Part shown: positions 1 to 12,701 of the stretch, piece by piece
How the letters are laid out: each line of letters begins with the position of its first letter
Numbering within the stretch: the first letter of the stretch is position 1
Source: Octopus sinensis
Lineage: Eukaryota
Reading direction: 5' to 3'
DNA: 64,000 nt
NCBI RefSeq assembly: GCF_006345805.1
Contig: NC_043011.1
Span: 14,458,464 to 14,522,463 of the forward strand
Made by a program: the position numbers and the translations under genes
The notes under the pieces: model-generated
The model's database searches: none
Seen by the model: the letters and a program-made list of their open reading frames with translations, nothing else
Told to the model about the DNA's origin: nothing

Positions 1-125
1 TTTTTTAAAGCTATTTCTAATACTTAAAGAAAATCTCTCTCATTTAAAAAAGTTTTTTAGCTGCTATTTCTAATGAGTTCAGTATGCGGCAAAGTAATTT
101 ATTTTACTAAGCCCTTTTATATAAT
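1..125. mobile_element. Terminus of another copy of the 546-bp HHR repeat family (direct piece 1-43, then inverted piece 44-125, ending in (TA)n)
   Basis: 1-43 matches the unit in + orientation. 44-125 is the reverse complement of the unit and ends at the same gcccttttatataat terminus as 5776. Confidence 0.8.
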
Positions 126-140
126 ATATATATATATATA

Positions 141-436
141 TATTAACATCTAATGTAGGATAACATTTTTCGAAAAAAATTCTATCAATGGACAGCATAT
201 TAAAAATACCTTTAAAGGTTAAATTTATAAAAAATTTATAAGTAAGGGCAAAAGAAAAAAATTCTAACTCTGAAATCGGGTCCGATATGGTAATAACGGG
301 ATTATTTAGAAATTTCTGTCGGCTTTCTTTGAAATGCGTGCTTGTAGTGATAAATTACATGGTTATTGACGTTATGTCTATTTTCGGCATATGTTGGCAT
401 TATAATTTTTTTCTTTTGACCTTACTTATAAATTGT
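141..436. mobile_element. Short PLE-like element with inverted end, between (TA)n tracts
   Basis: aatttataagtaagggcaaaagaaaaaaatt (~233-263) is inverted at ~404-434. About 90 nt of unique tail on the left; TA repeats on both sides. Confidence 0.5.
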
Positions 437-738
437 ATATATATATATATATATATATAATTTCAACAATTGAGGGCAAAATTAATTAATTATTAATCAA
501 TTTCACCAAGTGTTCAGTATGCAAAGGGACCATTCAAGGCGAATTCAAATTATTACATTATATAAAAGGGCTTAGTAAAATAAATTACTTTGCCGCATAC
601 TGAACTCATTAGAAATAGCAGCCAAAAAACTTTTTTAAGGCTATTTCTAATACTTAAAGAAAATCTCTCTCATATATAGTGTTTGCATAATTTAACTCAC
701 AAAAGTTTGGGGGTAATGACATCGAAAAATCAAATGCT

Positions 739-809
739 AAGGTTATTCGAGAACGTACGTTTCAAGATTAGTCAAAACAACATTTCTATCATCGGCTCGG
801 AAATTCCTT
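739..809 (-). ncRNA. Type I hammerhead ribozyme motif (first of 9 minus-strand copies, period ~546)
   Basis: Minus strand reads aagg-aattuc-CGAG CCGAUGA uAGA..17 nt..UCUu GAAA CGUACG UU CUCG-aauaa-ccuu. Stem I CGAG/CUCG plus AAGG/CCUU; palindromic stem III; GUU cleavage triplet. Core has U4C and stem II is weak. Confidence 0.65.
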
Positions 810-3800
810 GGTTTGGATTTGGAAACACTGAAAATAAGAACATACCCTCTCGAAGATCTGCTCCCAACTAACAGTGTCAACAAATTCAAAATAAGCAAGC
901 GAAGAATCTCTGTTCTCCCCTTTCCACCAGCGTGGGTTAAAATCATCAAACTCTATGCTTATTTCGGTAAAGTCCGAAGCATTAATCAGAGGGAGATTAA
1001 TTATAATTTCAACAATTGAGGGCAAAATTAATTAATTATTAATCAATTTCACCAAGTGTTCAGTATGCAAAGGGACCATTCAAGGCGAATTCAAATTATT
1101 ACATTATATAAAAGGGCTTAGTAAAATAAATTACTTTGCCGCATACTGAACTCATTAGAAATAGCAGCCAAAAAACTTTTTTAAGGCTATTTCTAATACT
1201 TAAAGAAAATCTCTCTCATATATAGTGTTTGCATAATTTAACTCACAAAAGTTTGGGGGTAATGACATCGAAAAATCAAATGCTAAGGTTATTCGAGAAC
1301 GTACGTTTCAAGATTAGTCAAAACAACATTTCTATCATCGGCTCGGAAATTCCTTGGTTTGGATTTGGAAACACTGAAAATAAGAACATACCCTCTCGAA
1401 GATCTGCTCCCAACTAACAGTGTCAACAAATTCAAAATAAGCAAGCGAAGAATCTCTGTTCTCCCCTTTCCACCAGCGTGGGTTAAAATCATCAAACTCT
1501 ATGCTTATTTCGGTAAAGTCCGAAGCATTAATCAGAGGGAGATTAATTATAATTTCAACAATTGAGGGCAAAATTAATTAATTATTAATCAATTTCACCA
1601 AGTGTTCAGTATGCAAAGGGACCATTCAAGGCGAATTCAAATTATTACATTATATAAAAGGGCTTAGTAAAATAAATTACTTTGCCGCATACTGAACTCA
1701 TTAGAAATAGCAGCCAAAAAACTTTTTTAAGGCTATTTCTAATACTTAAAGAAAATCTCTCTCATATATAGTGTTTGCATAATTTAACTCACAAAAGTTT
1801 GGGGGTAATGACATCGAAAAATCAAATGCTAAGGTTATTCGAGAACGTACGTTTCAAGATTAGTCAAAACAACATTTCTATCATCGGCTCGGAAATTCCT
1901 TGGTTTGGATTTGGAAACACTGAAAATAAGAACATACCCTCTCGAAGATCTGCTCCCAACTAACAGTGTCAACAAATTCAAAATAAGCAAGCGAAGAATC
2001 TCTGTTCTCCCCTTTCCACCAGCGTGGGTTAAAATCATCAAACTCTATGCTTATTTCGGTAAAGTCCGAAGCATTAATCAGAGGGAGATTAATTATAATT
2101 TCAACAATTGAGGGCAAAATTAATTAATTATTAATCAATTTCACCAAGTGTTCAGTATGCAAAGGGACCATTCAAGGCGAATTCAAATTATTACATTATA
2201 TAAAAGGGCTTAGTAAAATAAATTACTTTGCCGCATACTGAACTCATTAGAAATAGCAGCCAAAAACTTTTTTAAGGCTATTTCTAATACTTAAAGAAAA
2301 TCTCTCTCATATATAGTGTTTGCATAATTTAACTCACAAAAGTTTGGGGGTAATGACATCGAAAAATCAAATGCTAAGGTTATTCGAGAACGTACGTTTC
2401 AAGATTAGTCAAAACAACATTTCTATCATCGGCTCGGAAATTCCTTGGTTTGGATTTGGAAACACTGAAAATAAGAACATACCCTCTCGAAGATCTGCTC
2501 CCAACTAACAGTGTCAACAAATTCAAAATAAGCAAGCGAAGAATCTCTGTTCTCCCCTTTCCACCAGCGTGGGTTAAAATCATCAAACTCTATGCTTATT
2601 TCGGTAAAGTCCGAAGCATTAATCAGAGGGAGATTAATTATAATTTCAACAATTGAGGGCAAAATTAATTAATTATTAATCAATTTCACCAAGTGTTCAG
2701 TATGCAAAGGGACCATTCAAGGCGAATTCAAATTATTACATTATATAAAAGGGCTTAGTAAAATAAATTACTTTGCCGCATACTGAACTCATTAGAAATA
2801 GCAGCCAAAAAACTTTTTTAAGGCTATTTCTAATACTTAAAGAAAATCTCTCTCATATATAGTGTTTGCATAATTTAACTCACAAAAGTTTGGGGGTAAT
2901 GACATCGAAAAATCAAATGCTAAGGTTATTCGAGAACGTACGTTTCAAGATTAGTCAAAACAACATTTCTATCATCGGCTCGGAAATTCCTTGGTTTGGA
3001 TTTGGAAACACTGAAAATAAGAACATACCCTCTCGAAGATCTGCTCCCAACTAACAGTGTCAACAAATTCAAAATAAGCAAGCGAAGAATCTCTGTTCTC
3101 CCCTTTCCACCAGCGTGGGTTAAAATCATCAAACTCTATGCTTATTTCGGTAAAGTCCGAAGCATTAATCAGAGGGAGATTAATTATAATTTCAACAATT
3201 GAGGGCAAAATTAATTAATTATTAATCAATTTCACCAAGTGTTCAGTATGCAAAGGGACCATTCAAGGCGAATTCAAATTATTAAATTATATAAAAGGGC
3301 TTAGTAAAATAAATTACTTTGCCGCATACTGAACTCATTAGAAATAGCAGCCAAAAAACTTTTTTAAGGCTATTTCTAATACTTAAAGAAAATCTCTCTC
3401 ATATATAGTGTTTGCATAATTTAACTCACAAAAGTTTGGGGGTAATGACATCGAAAAATCAAATGCTAAGGTTATTCGAGAACGTACGTTTCAAGATTAG
3501 TCAAAACAACATTTCTATCATCGGCTCGGAAATTCCTTGGTTTGGATTTGGAAACACTGAAAATAAGAACATACCCTCTCGAAGATCTGCTCCCAACTAA
3601 CAGTGTCAACAAATTCAAAATAAGCAAGCGAAGAATCTCTGTTCTCCCCTTTCCACCAGCGTGGGTTAAAATCATCAAACTCTATGCTTATTTCGGTAAA
3701 GTCCGAAGCATTAATCAGAGGGAGATTAATTATAATTTCAACAATTGAGGGCAAAATTAATTAATTATTAATCAATTTCACCAAGTGTTCAGTATGCAAA

Positions 3801-5523
3801 GGGACCATTCAAGGCGAATTCAAATTATTACATTATATAAAAGGGCTTAGTAAAATAAATTACTTTGCCGCATACTGAACTCATTAGAAATAGCAGCCAA
3901 AAACTTTTTTAAGGCTATTTCTAATACTTAAAGAAAATCTCTCTCATATATAGTGTTTGCATAATTTAACTCACAAAAGTTTGGGGGTAATGACATCGAA
4001 AAATCAAATGCTAAGGTTATTCGAGAACGTACGTTTCAAGATTAGTCAAAACAACATTTCTATCATCGGCTCGGAAATTCCTTGGTTTGGATTTGGAAAC
4101 ACTGAAAATAAGAACATACCCTCTCGAAGATCTGCTCCCAACTAACAGTGTCAACAAATTCAAAATAAGCAAGCGAAGAATCTCTGTTCTCCCCTTTCCA
4201 CCAGCGTGGGTTAAAATCATCAAACTCTATGCTTATTTCGGTAAAGTCCGAAGCATTAATCAGAGGGAGATTAATTATAATTTCAACAATTGAGGGCAAA
4301 ATTAATTAATTATTAATCAATTTCACCAAGTGTTCAGTATGCAAAGGGACCATTCAAGGCGAATTCAAATTATTACATTATATAAAAGGGCTTAGTAAAA
4401 TAAATTACTTTGCCGCATACTGAACTCATTAGAAATAGCAGCCAAAAAACTTTTTTAAGGCTATTTCTAATACTTAAAGAAAATCTCTCTCATATATAGT
4501 GTTTGCATAATTTAACTCACAAAAGTTTGGGGGTAATGACATCGAAAAATCAAATGCTAAGGTTATTCGAGAACGTACGTTTCAAGATTAGTCAAAACAA
4601 CATTTCTATCATCGGCTCGGAAATTCCTTGGTTGGATTTGGAAACACTGAAAATAAGAACATACCCTCTCGAAGATCTGCTCCCAACTAACAGTGTCAAC
4701 AAATTCAAAATAAGCAAGCGAAGAATCTCTGTTCTCCCCTTTCCACCAGCGTGGGTTAAAATCATCAAACTCTATGCTTATTTCGGTAAAGTCCGAAGCA
4801 TTAATCAGAGGGAGATTAATTATAATTTCAACAATTGAGGGCAAAATTAATTAATTATTAATCAATTTCACCAAGTGTTCAGTATGCAAAGGGACCATTC
4901 AAGGCGAATTCAAATTATTACATTATATAAAAGGGCTTAGTAAAATAAATTACTTTGCCGCATACTGAACTCATTAGAAATAGCAGCCAAAAAACTTTTT
5001 TAAGGCTATTTCTAATACTTAAAGAAAATCTCTCTCATATATAGTGTTTGCATAATTTAACTCACAAAAGTTTGGGGGTAATGACATCGAAAAATCAAAT
5101 GCTAAGGTTATTCGAGAACGTACGTTTCAAGATTAGTCAAAACAACATTTCTATCATCGGCTCGGAAATTCCTTGGTTTGGATTTGGAAACACTGAAAAT
5201 AAGAACATACCCTCTCGAAGATCTGCTCCCAACTAACAGTGTCAACAAATTCAAAATAAGCAAGCGAAGAATCTCTGTTCTCCCCTTTCCACCAGCGTGG
5301 GTTAAAATCATCAAACTCTATGCTTATTTCGGTAAAGTCCGAAGCATTAATCAGAGGGAGATTAATTATAATTTCAACAATTGAGGGCAAAATTAATTAA
5401 TTATTAATCAATTTCACCAAGTGTTCAGTATGCAAAGGGACCATTGAATTTGTTGACACTGTTAGTTGGGAGCAGATCTTCGAGAGGGTATGTTCTTATT
5501 TTCAGTGTTTCCAAATCCAAACC

Positions 5524-5594
5524 AAGGAATTTCCGAGCCGATGATAGAAATGTTGTTTTGACTAATCTTGAAACGTACGTTCTCGAATAACCTT
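5524..5594 (+). ncRNA. Type I hammerhead ribozyme motif in the inverted partial unit
   Basis: cgag ccgatga taga...tctt gaaa cgtacg tt ctcg, read directly on +. Confidence 0.65.
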
Positions 5595-5776
5595 AGCATT
5601 TGATTTTTCGATGTCATTACCCCCAAACTTTTGTGAGTTAAATTATGCAAACACTATATATGAGAGAGATTTTCTTTAAGTATTAGAAATAGCCTTAAAA
5701 AAGTTTTTTGGCTGCTATTTCTAATGAGTTCAGTATGCGGCAAAGTAATTTATTTTACTAAGCCCTTTTATATAAT

Positions 5777-5943
<167 letters not shown>

Positions 5944-6059
5944 ATGGTGGACTCTCGACGTGTGAATGTTCAGCTTTTTGTTGAACGGTCTGTAGAAATG
6001 ATTTGTTTATAGGGATTAAATGCATGTGCTGTAGATTATCTCACTCTTTCCTTGTGCCA

Positions 6060-6203
6060 CGTATCAAGGGTCGAAGTGATTGCAGAGCAACGAGAAATGA
6101 AGTGTGTTGCTCAAGAACACAACGCACCACCTGGTCTAGGTGTTGAAACAACGACCTCGCGATTGTGAGAGCGGCATCGTAACCACTAGGCCATGCGCCC
6201 TCA
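6060..6203 (-). mobile_element. Degenerate tRNA-derived SINE head
   Basis: Minus strand gagggcgcatggcctagtggttacgatgccgc (A box) followed by gtgttcttgagcaacacacttcatttc. Confidence 0.6.
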
Positions 6204-6224
6204 CACACACACGCACATCTATAT

Positions 6225-6600
6225 GGAAGCCCTCCGTCGGTTACGACGACGAGGGTTCCGGTTGATCCGAATCAACGGAACAGCCAGCTCGTGAAATTAA
6301 CGTGTAAGTGTGAGCACTCCACAGACACGTGTACCCTTAACGTAGTTCTCGGGGATATTCAGCGTGACACAGAGAGTGACAAGGCCGGCCCTTTGAAATA
6401 CAGGTACAACAGAAATAGGAAGTAAGAGAAAGTTGTGGTGAAAGAGTACAGCAGGGATCACCACCATCCCCTGCCGGAGCCTCGTGGAACTTTTAGGTGT
6501 TTTCGCTCAATAAACACTCACAACGCCCGGTCTGGGAATCGAAACCGCGATCTTACGACCGCGAGTCCGCTGCCCTAACCACTGGGCCATTGCGCCTCCA
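6225..6600 (-). mobile_element. tRNA(Arg)-like SINE (octopus OR-type) with TSD
   Basis: Head ggaggcgcaatggcccagtggttagggcagcggactcgcggtcg..ggtttcgattccc has A and B boxes. TSD cg(c/t)acatctatat at 6212-6224 and 6601-6613. Homologous to 42127-42436. Confidence 0.85.
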
Positions 6601-8069
6601 CGTACATCTATATACACGCATATGTGTGTTATATTTAGATATAACGTAATGTATCGAACTGAAATATTGTGCTGCTATCATTTCTTCTTTCTCTTCTGAA
6701 ATTGCCATCTGCTTTCCACTAGAATCTCTCTTTCGACAACTACCTATCACACTCACTCATTCAACCACCGTCTGTAGATCCACTAAACTATAAAAGCTGA
6801 TCTTTCTCCCTCCCTCTCTCGCTGTGTGTGTATCTCTCTCTCTCTTTAGATCTGCATCTCTCAATACCTCATTATCTGGTTATATGTTCCCATTAATTAC
6901 CGTCCTTCACTTCTTCAAACACTACATCAATGTTGTCAACTTTCATCCATCCTTCCTTTTCTTTGGTTGGGTTTATGAAGATAAGTTGACATACACAAAG
7001 CTATGTATACACGTGTGTTCATATGTGTGAGTGTGCCTATGTCGTACAGTTCCAGTTCCTTCTACATCGATATATTATCCCAGAAAATAATGTTATCCGG
7101 AAAATAAAGCAACGTATCTTTTCTATCTGATTAGAAAAAAAAAAGTATCTTCGGGAATAGTTAGGCTTTTGTAAGTAAGTAGAAGCTATATATTTTATAT
7201 GCTACATTTTGCAAAATAACCATTTTTTTGTCAATAGTGTGGCCATTTTATTGATGGGATTCCTGTTTCAGCCTAGGTCTTAAAAGGAAAAAAAAAAGAA
7301 TCATATATTGTCTAAAGCTGTGTGATAAATGTATTGTTGCTCGATCGAAGAAGATCAATAAACTATCAGAGCACACTGCCACATGGCTTGCTTTGTCGCT
7401 CCAAGAAATGAACGCACTGTGTTATTTAATAGGCTAGCAGCTTAAGAGCAGTAAAAAATGGAATAGTTTTGTAAGAACTATTGATAAGTGTATTTATGTA
7501 GAGATTCTAAAGGTTGTTGCCGACAGTATAGAGAAAGCAGCTGATTTGGATCAAGGAGCTACTTATATATTGAAACTGTTATGAGATTAAAACGTTGATA
7601 TTTCTTACCTGAAATTAGGGATGCTGGACCGTCAACCTGCATGAATATACTTAAAATCGAAACAAACAGCTTGCAGATTTCTTGATGGTATCATTCACTA
7701 TAAAATAGCGGCATCTGAAAAGCAGAATATGACCCTATCTTGACCCGTGGCTAACAATTAAGAACACTATTTCAGTTAATGCTTCACTTGTGTTTCTTTA
7801 ATAAATAGTTTCTTCTCCTTTTTAGCACCACGCCAAGCAAACAACTATATCTAGCATGTACTTGCTACCAAGCTTTTACATCTTTCTTCATGATCCATCG
7901 TAGGCACTTCATTACGTCCCATACGAGATATAAATTTTAGAAATATTTTTTTGAAGTCAGCTGAATTTTATCAACTGGAAATGCTATAAAAAAAAACAAA
8001 AACAAAAAAAAACAAAAACAAAAGCGAACCAAATAATATAAAAAAATTGAAGAGTTCCGTAAAATTATT

Positions 8070-8517
8070 GGATCTTTTCGGTTTGACCGGCAGTTTTTAA
8101 CATAATTTCTCGGTAACTAAACACTTTTAAACTTCGTATACTGGTAGAATGTGTTTATAAAACATCTTTTTCTCTTGGCCTTATTGAGAAAATTCTATAG
8201 TTTGTAAGATATTTGTTGTTTTTTTTCTTCAATTTCTGCAATTTCAACCAATCAATGACGTCTATTGAGGTGAAAACATTCTGTGCCGTATGAATATGTC
8301 CCTCGTTTAAGAAACAGATTGGGCTTATTTACATTTGTGACGAAAAAAAGATACCCTTCCCCTAACCCCTAACCCTAACCCTAACTAACCCTAACTGACT
8401 CTAACCCTAACCCTAAAACAGATTGAAATGCAATAGATCGATACTAGGGTCATAATTATGGGTGACAATTTCATATGACATCGCTAGAAAAAACTACCGT
8501 TCAAACCGAAAAGATCC
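8070..8517. mobile_element. MITE-like element with ~28-bp TIRs and internal (CCCTAA)n telomere-like tract
   Basis: TIRs ggatcttttcggtttgaccggcagttttt / aaaaactaccgttcaaaccgaaaagatcc. ccctaa repeats at ~8360-8416. Related copy at 51283-51674. Confidence 0.8.
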
Positions 8518-8853
8518 AAGGTATTTAATAATGTTAGTCACTTTTCTCGCTTTCTTTTTTCTCCCCCGTGTCTTAAAGTAGATATGAGGTGAAATATGAC
8601 TGTGGTAAGAATATAAAACTTTAGTTAATCGGCTCCCTCAATACACCAGCACACATTTTGAAATAAAGTTAGCTGAAATATTGTTGAATAGTTAGTCTTT
8701 TGAAATATGCATATACACATATACCAGGATATAATAACCTTGTTCGTAATTAACCCAACCATTTAACGGATCTTCTCACTTTCATCGGCAGATCGAGAAA
8801 TTAATTAATTATCTGTCGTTACGTAAGGAGTTATTTAACGTAATAACAAATGC

Positions 8854-9248
8854 TTACTTACTTGTACTTGTGGCGACATGCACCCTGGGCGGGTTGAGTC
8901 GGCTTCTTCTGCCACCCTTGCGGCATCGAAGAAGTTTCGTGGGAATATGTGGATTTCACAAGCGGTCCCCAACAATCCCGCATGCAGAGACATCCTGTTT
9001 GCCGCAGATTGTCCGCAGACGCAGGGACAGAACGACCGAGGAGCCGCCGGTTGCCGAAACAGACACTTCGAGGATTCTCACCAGAGCCCCTTTTTGGCGG
9101 GTTGTGGTCGTAATACCACTCGGTGTCAGACCAATCCGCTTTGGGTGGCCCTACTAAGAACCGAAGTTCCCGACGGTATAGCTCTCTGACACTACCCGTT
9201 GCCAGCGTCCCCGCCACGGTGAGGAGGGGATGGGCTTTGGGGATGCGA
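8854..9248 (-). mobile_element. Short GC-rich non-autonomous RTE-like retroelement
   Basis: Minus strand ends ...cgccacaagtacaagtaagtaag, a short-repeat tail typical of RTE 3' ends. GC-rich island in AT-rich surroundings. Confidence 0.45.
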
Positions 9249-9298
9249 TAACCAATGCAGTAATTGTTTAAAATTCTCGGAGAATTTCAGCTTTAAAA

Positions 9299-9379
9299 TG
9301 TTTAATGGGCTGAGCATTCTAAATTCATTGTTCTGTAATTTACAGAACAATGAATTTAGAATGCTCAGCCCATTAAACA
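9299..9379. repeat. Perfect palindrome: 40-bp arms, 1-nt spacer
   Basis: tgtttaatgggctgagcattctaaattcattgttctgtaa-t-ttacagaacaatgaatttagaatgctcagcccattaaaca. Confidence 0.95.
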
Positions 9380-10694
9380 ATAGCAGCATCTACCAAGCAG
9401 GAAGTTCGTATGGACAATAGAATCAGTCCTTCTTACATATGACCTCGAGAGTTCATTTTAGTGTTTTTATTTTTATGCCCAGACAATGATACGCAAAATA
9501 AAGCAAAAAGAAAAACTACTTGTGTAAGTACTCGTTCAAAACACCGAGGCGAGCTATTTTTATTGCTATATCCTTGTTACAGTTTCAGCTTCCTCTTTTC
9601 CGGCAACTTCCTTACTATTAATAAGATTTAATTTGCAATGAAATAATTCACTAATTATCAATAAAATTAAAATAAATCAGTTAATTGTTTTTATTTCATT
9701 CACTTTTTGACACTCCATAAGTAACTTCATTAGTTTTCTTTCGGTCGATTAGCTTCTTAATTTTTTTTCTTTTTACTGATTAATTCTGCTTCAGTCAACA
9801 GTTGTAAACCGATTATAGTTTCTCCAACCCTTTCTAGTGTTTGGCTGCTCTATATTTTACTTGGTCCAACTTTTTTAATCACGCTACTAATGCGTTTAAT
9901 TTTTCTTTTCTCAGAAAAGTATTTAACTTTTCTCGTCATGAACTGACAGGAGAGCCTACACGTGGTCACCCAAATTGCTAGGGATATCTATCTTGTCTCC
10001 CTCAGTTTACACCCTAAAGAAGAGTATAGTGGATACAATTATCCAAGATTCTTTCTCTGAAAAAGAAAACAGAAAAAAAGAAAGAATAAACTAAAAAGGG
10101 GACGATGTAATCGACTTAACCCCTCTCCCTAAATTGCTGGCCTTGTACCAAATTTTGAAACCAATATTCTTTGAGTGTGACTGCGCTTCTTGCTTGATCG
10201 GCTGCTATCCACCGCATTCCTTTCTCGTTTTCTTTCCCAGTCATTCCAGTTTTTCTGGGCCAAAATGCCTTGAAGTGGTTCTTACTACATACACAGCAAT
10301 TAGGCTTTTCGCCCTGCATCATCAGTCTCATTTGATTTGGATGTTTTCAGCTTGTCATAGGTTCGGTGTGGCGTCGTGGTATTCGGGAGTCTTTATGACT
10401 CGCAAATCTATTTTGACGCCCCTTGATCACATGTCACATCCCCTCAACCCTGCTTTGAATACTCGCCTGTATTACAATACACAAATGGAAACTAGCTAGG
10501 GATCTACATAATTTTCAATGTCTCTTATCGTAACAATTCTCCCATATGGCAAGACAGCCTTGGTGGGGACGCTAGTATATCTAAGTATTTTCGCTATTGT
10601 TTTCGCTCAGCCTTCGTTCGTGAAAGTGCTGCAGATGGTACCACAACATTTCCTAGTTTCGATTGAGAGAATTTATATTGAAACACCATGTAGT

Positions 10695-11007
10695 TGTTGC
10701 TGTTGTTTGTTCCTTCTCGAGCCATGCCTGGCTCATAAGGGCCGGTTTCCCGGTTTCTTGGCGTATAGGTTCCCCACCTGGATGGGACGCCGTTCCTTTG
10801 CAGGTGAGCTGCAAGATGCAGGAGGAAAGAGTGAGAGAAAGTTGTGGCGAAAGAGTCAGCAGAAGTTTCGCCATTACCTTCTGCTGGAGCCGCGTGGAGC
10901 TTAGGTGTTTCGCTCATAAACACACACATCGCCCGGTCTGAGATTCAAACCCACGATCCCTCGACCGCTTGTCCGCTGCTCTAACCACTAGGCCATGTGC
11001 CTCCACG
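10695..11007 (-). mobile_element. tRNA-derived SINE (OR-type, short subfamily)
   Basis: Near-identical to 56399-56703. tRNA-like head, (AAC)n-like tail, imperfect TSD gaaa(c/t)a(c/t)catgtagt. Confidence 0.85.
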
Positions 11008-11778
11008 AAATATCATGTAGTGCCTTTTCTAACTGTTGTTTCGATGGTAACTGGAAACTACTGCAATTCAGATATATTATTTTTTCTTTTCCTTTCTTCT
11101 GGATGTCATCTTGCCGCAAAGAAACACCGTCTGGTTTTCACAAATTTTTTTCCAATAATCTTTTTCTTTTTAAAAAACAGTGTTACATCTAAAAATTATG
11201 TTTGTATCACGACAGAGGCAAAACTAGCTTCTTTAACTCTATACTTTTCACTTCGATACCCGGGGGAAGACAAAACTGGTTGATTTTTTTTTACAGTGTT
11301 TATTTGCTTACACGTTTTGACCACATTTTACATTCAAAATATCCACCAGACACATTTGCACACTCTATGAAGCAAAACATTAAAAACAAGACGAAAAAGA
11401 CAGATTGCACTCAGAATGAACGAAAAGAAGAAAATATTGTATATTTTTATGAAAATTTAATAAGAGAGAAAAAAAATGTTATTTGTTCTAACTGTTTAAC
11501 AAATAATCTTAAAGTAAGCGATAACAACAAGAACAACACTCGTATAGAGACAAACATGTTAAATCATTCATATGGTAATAGCGTTAAAAAAGTTAGTTTT
11601 ACCTATGTCGTGACACAAACAGAATTTTTAGACTTAACACAGTTCGCAAGAAAGAAATTATTAGAAAAAAAATTTCAAAACAAAGCCAGTGTCTCTTTGT
11701 CACAGTGTAAAATACAAGAAAGGGACAATATGTGTGTGTGTGTATATATATATATATATGTGCGTGTGTGTGTGTATG

Positions 11779-11920
<142 letters not shown>

Positions 11921-12004
11921 GTAACAACTAAAGAAAGAAACCTCGATATTAGACAGAGAAATATTTATATATGTTATAATTTAAAACAGTAAAACAGTAA
12001 ACAG

Positions 12005-12080
12005 TTGTCATTATAGTACTCGGAGTTTCGAATGTCGGAGCGAAGAGCTGTGATGCATTCTCGTCGGCTATTAATGGCAA
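12005..12080 (-). ncRNA. Type I hammerhead ribozyme motif in a PLE-like element abutting (AAT)n
   Basis: Minus strand uugccauua-AUAG CCGACGA GAAUG..21 nt..CAUUC GAAA CUC-c-GAG UA CUAU-aaugacaa. All three stems pair; GUA cleavage triplet. Confidence 0.8.
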
Positions 12081-12302
12081 CAGACGCTACGAAAAACCGT
12101 TAAATAAAAGGGAAGTTACTTTAATAGGTAGAAAAAAAGAAATAAAAGATAAAAAATGCACATATAACCATATCCTCATACACATACACAAACAATTAAG
12201 AAGGCAAAAGGAAAAAATGAAAAATATATATAAAAACAAAAGACACAAAATAAAAGACATGTATGTATGTATGTATGAAGTCATGACTGTGGAGTTAACG
12301 AT

Positions 12303-12660
12303 GTCCAAGCTTGATTTACGCGTTCGCCACCACAGCCTTGTTTAGGCTTAGCAGTCCTTCCTGTTTGTTTTCACTGTCCTGTTTGTGTTACCAATTTTGG
12401 CCCTGCGCAAAATCCCAAATTCTATTTAATTTGCTTTGCGAGAGCAACTGTTTAATCGAAAGCGTATATTGTTGTTAAATGCTCGAAATTTGAGATTAGT
12501 AAAACAGCCAACAACTGATGAAGGGTCGTTCTTTATGCTGTTTGTGTTGTTTTCCATTTGTGTCTTTCGTTGTTCGAAAAAATAGTTCATATTCCATGTA
12601 CTTGTACTTCGTATTTTTGTTCTACCCGTTTCATGACATCCTGTGCGCACATATGCATAC

Positions 12661-12701
<41 letters not shown>

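Larger units (their letters stand above)
456..5776 (-). mobile_element. Retrozyme-like / non-autonomous Penelope-like tandem array: ~9.1 x 545-546-bp units (456-5445) plus inverted partial unit (5444-5776), within (TA)n
   Basis: Identical ORFs recur at 683, 1229, 1775, 2320, 2866, 3412, 3957, 4503 and 5048. Inversion junction at gggaccatt|gaatttg. One HHR motif per unit; TA microsatellite on both flanks. Confidence 0.85.

Noticed and set aside
456-5445. CRISPR array or plain satellite
   Set aside because: No unique spacers and no cas genes in a eukaryotic context. The inverted cap, defined termini and HHR favour a retro-insertion over a simple satellite.
683-5650. Repeated 62-111 aa ORFs in the 546-bp units as protein-coding genes
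   Set aside because: Short, overlapping on both strands, mostly non-ATG starts, no recognisable domain (no GIY-YIG or RT), and altered by a 1-nt indel in one unit.
6225-6600. Functional tRNA genes at SINE heads (also 10695-11007, 42127-42436, 56399-56703)
   Set aside because: The tRNA-like heads continue into shared SINE bodies and are flanked by TSDs.
8360-8416. True telomere or chromosome fusion site
   Set aside because: Short, degenerate tract enclosed within a TIR element.
12481-12526. Possible type II hammerhead (gctcgaaa...ctgatgaaggg)
   Set aside because: Stem I could not be paired convincingly.
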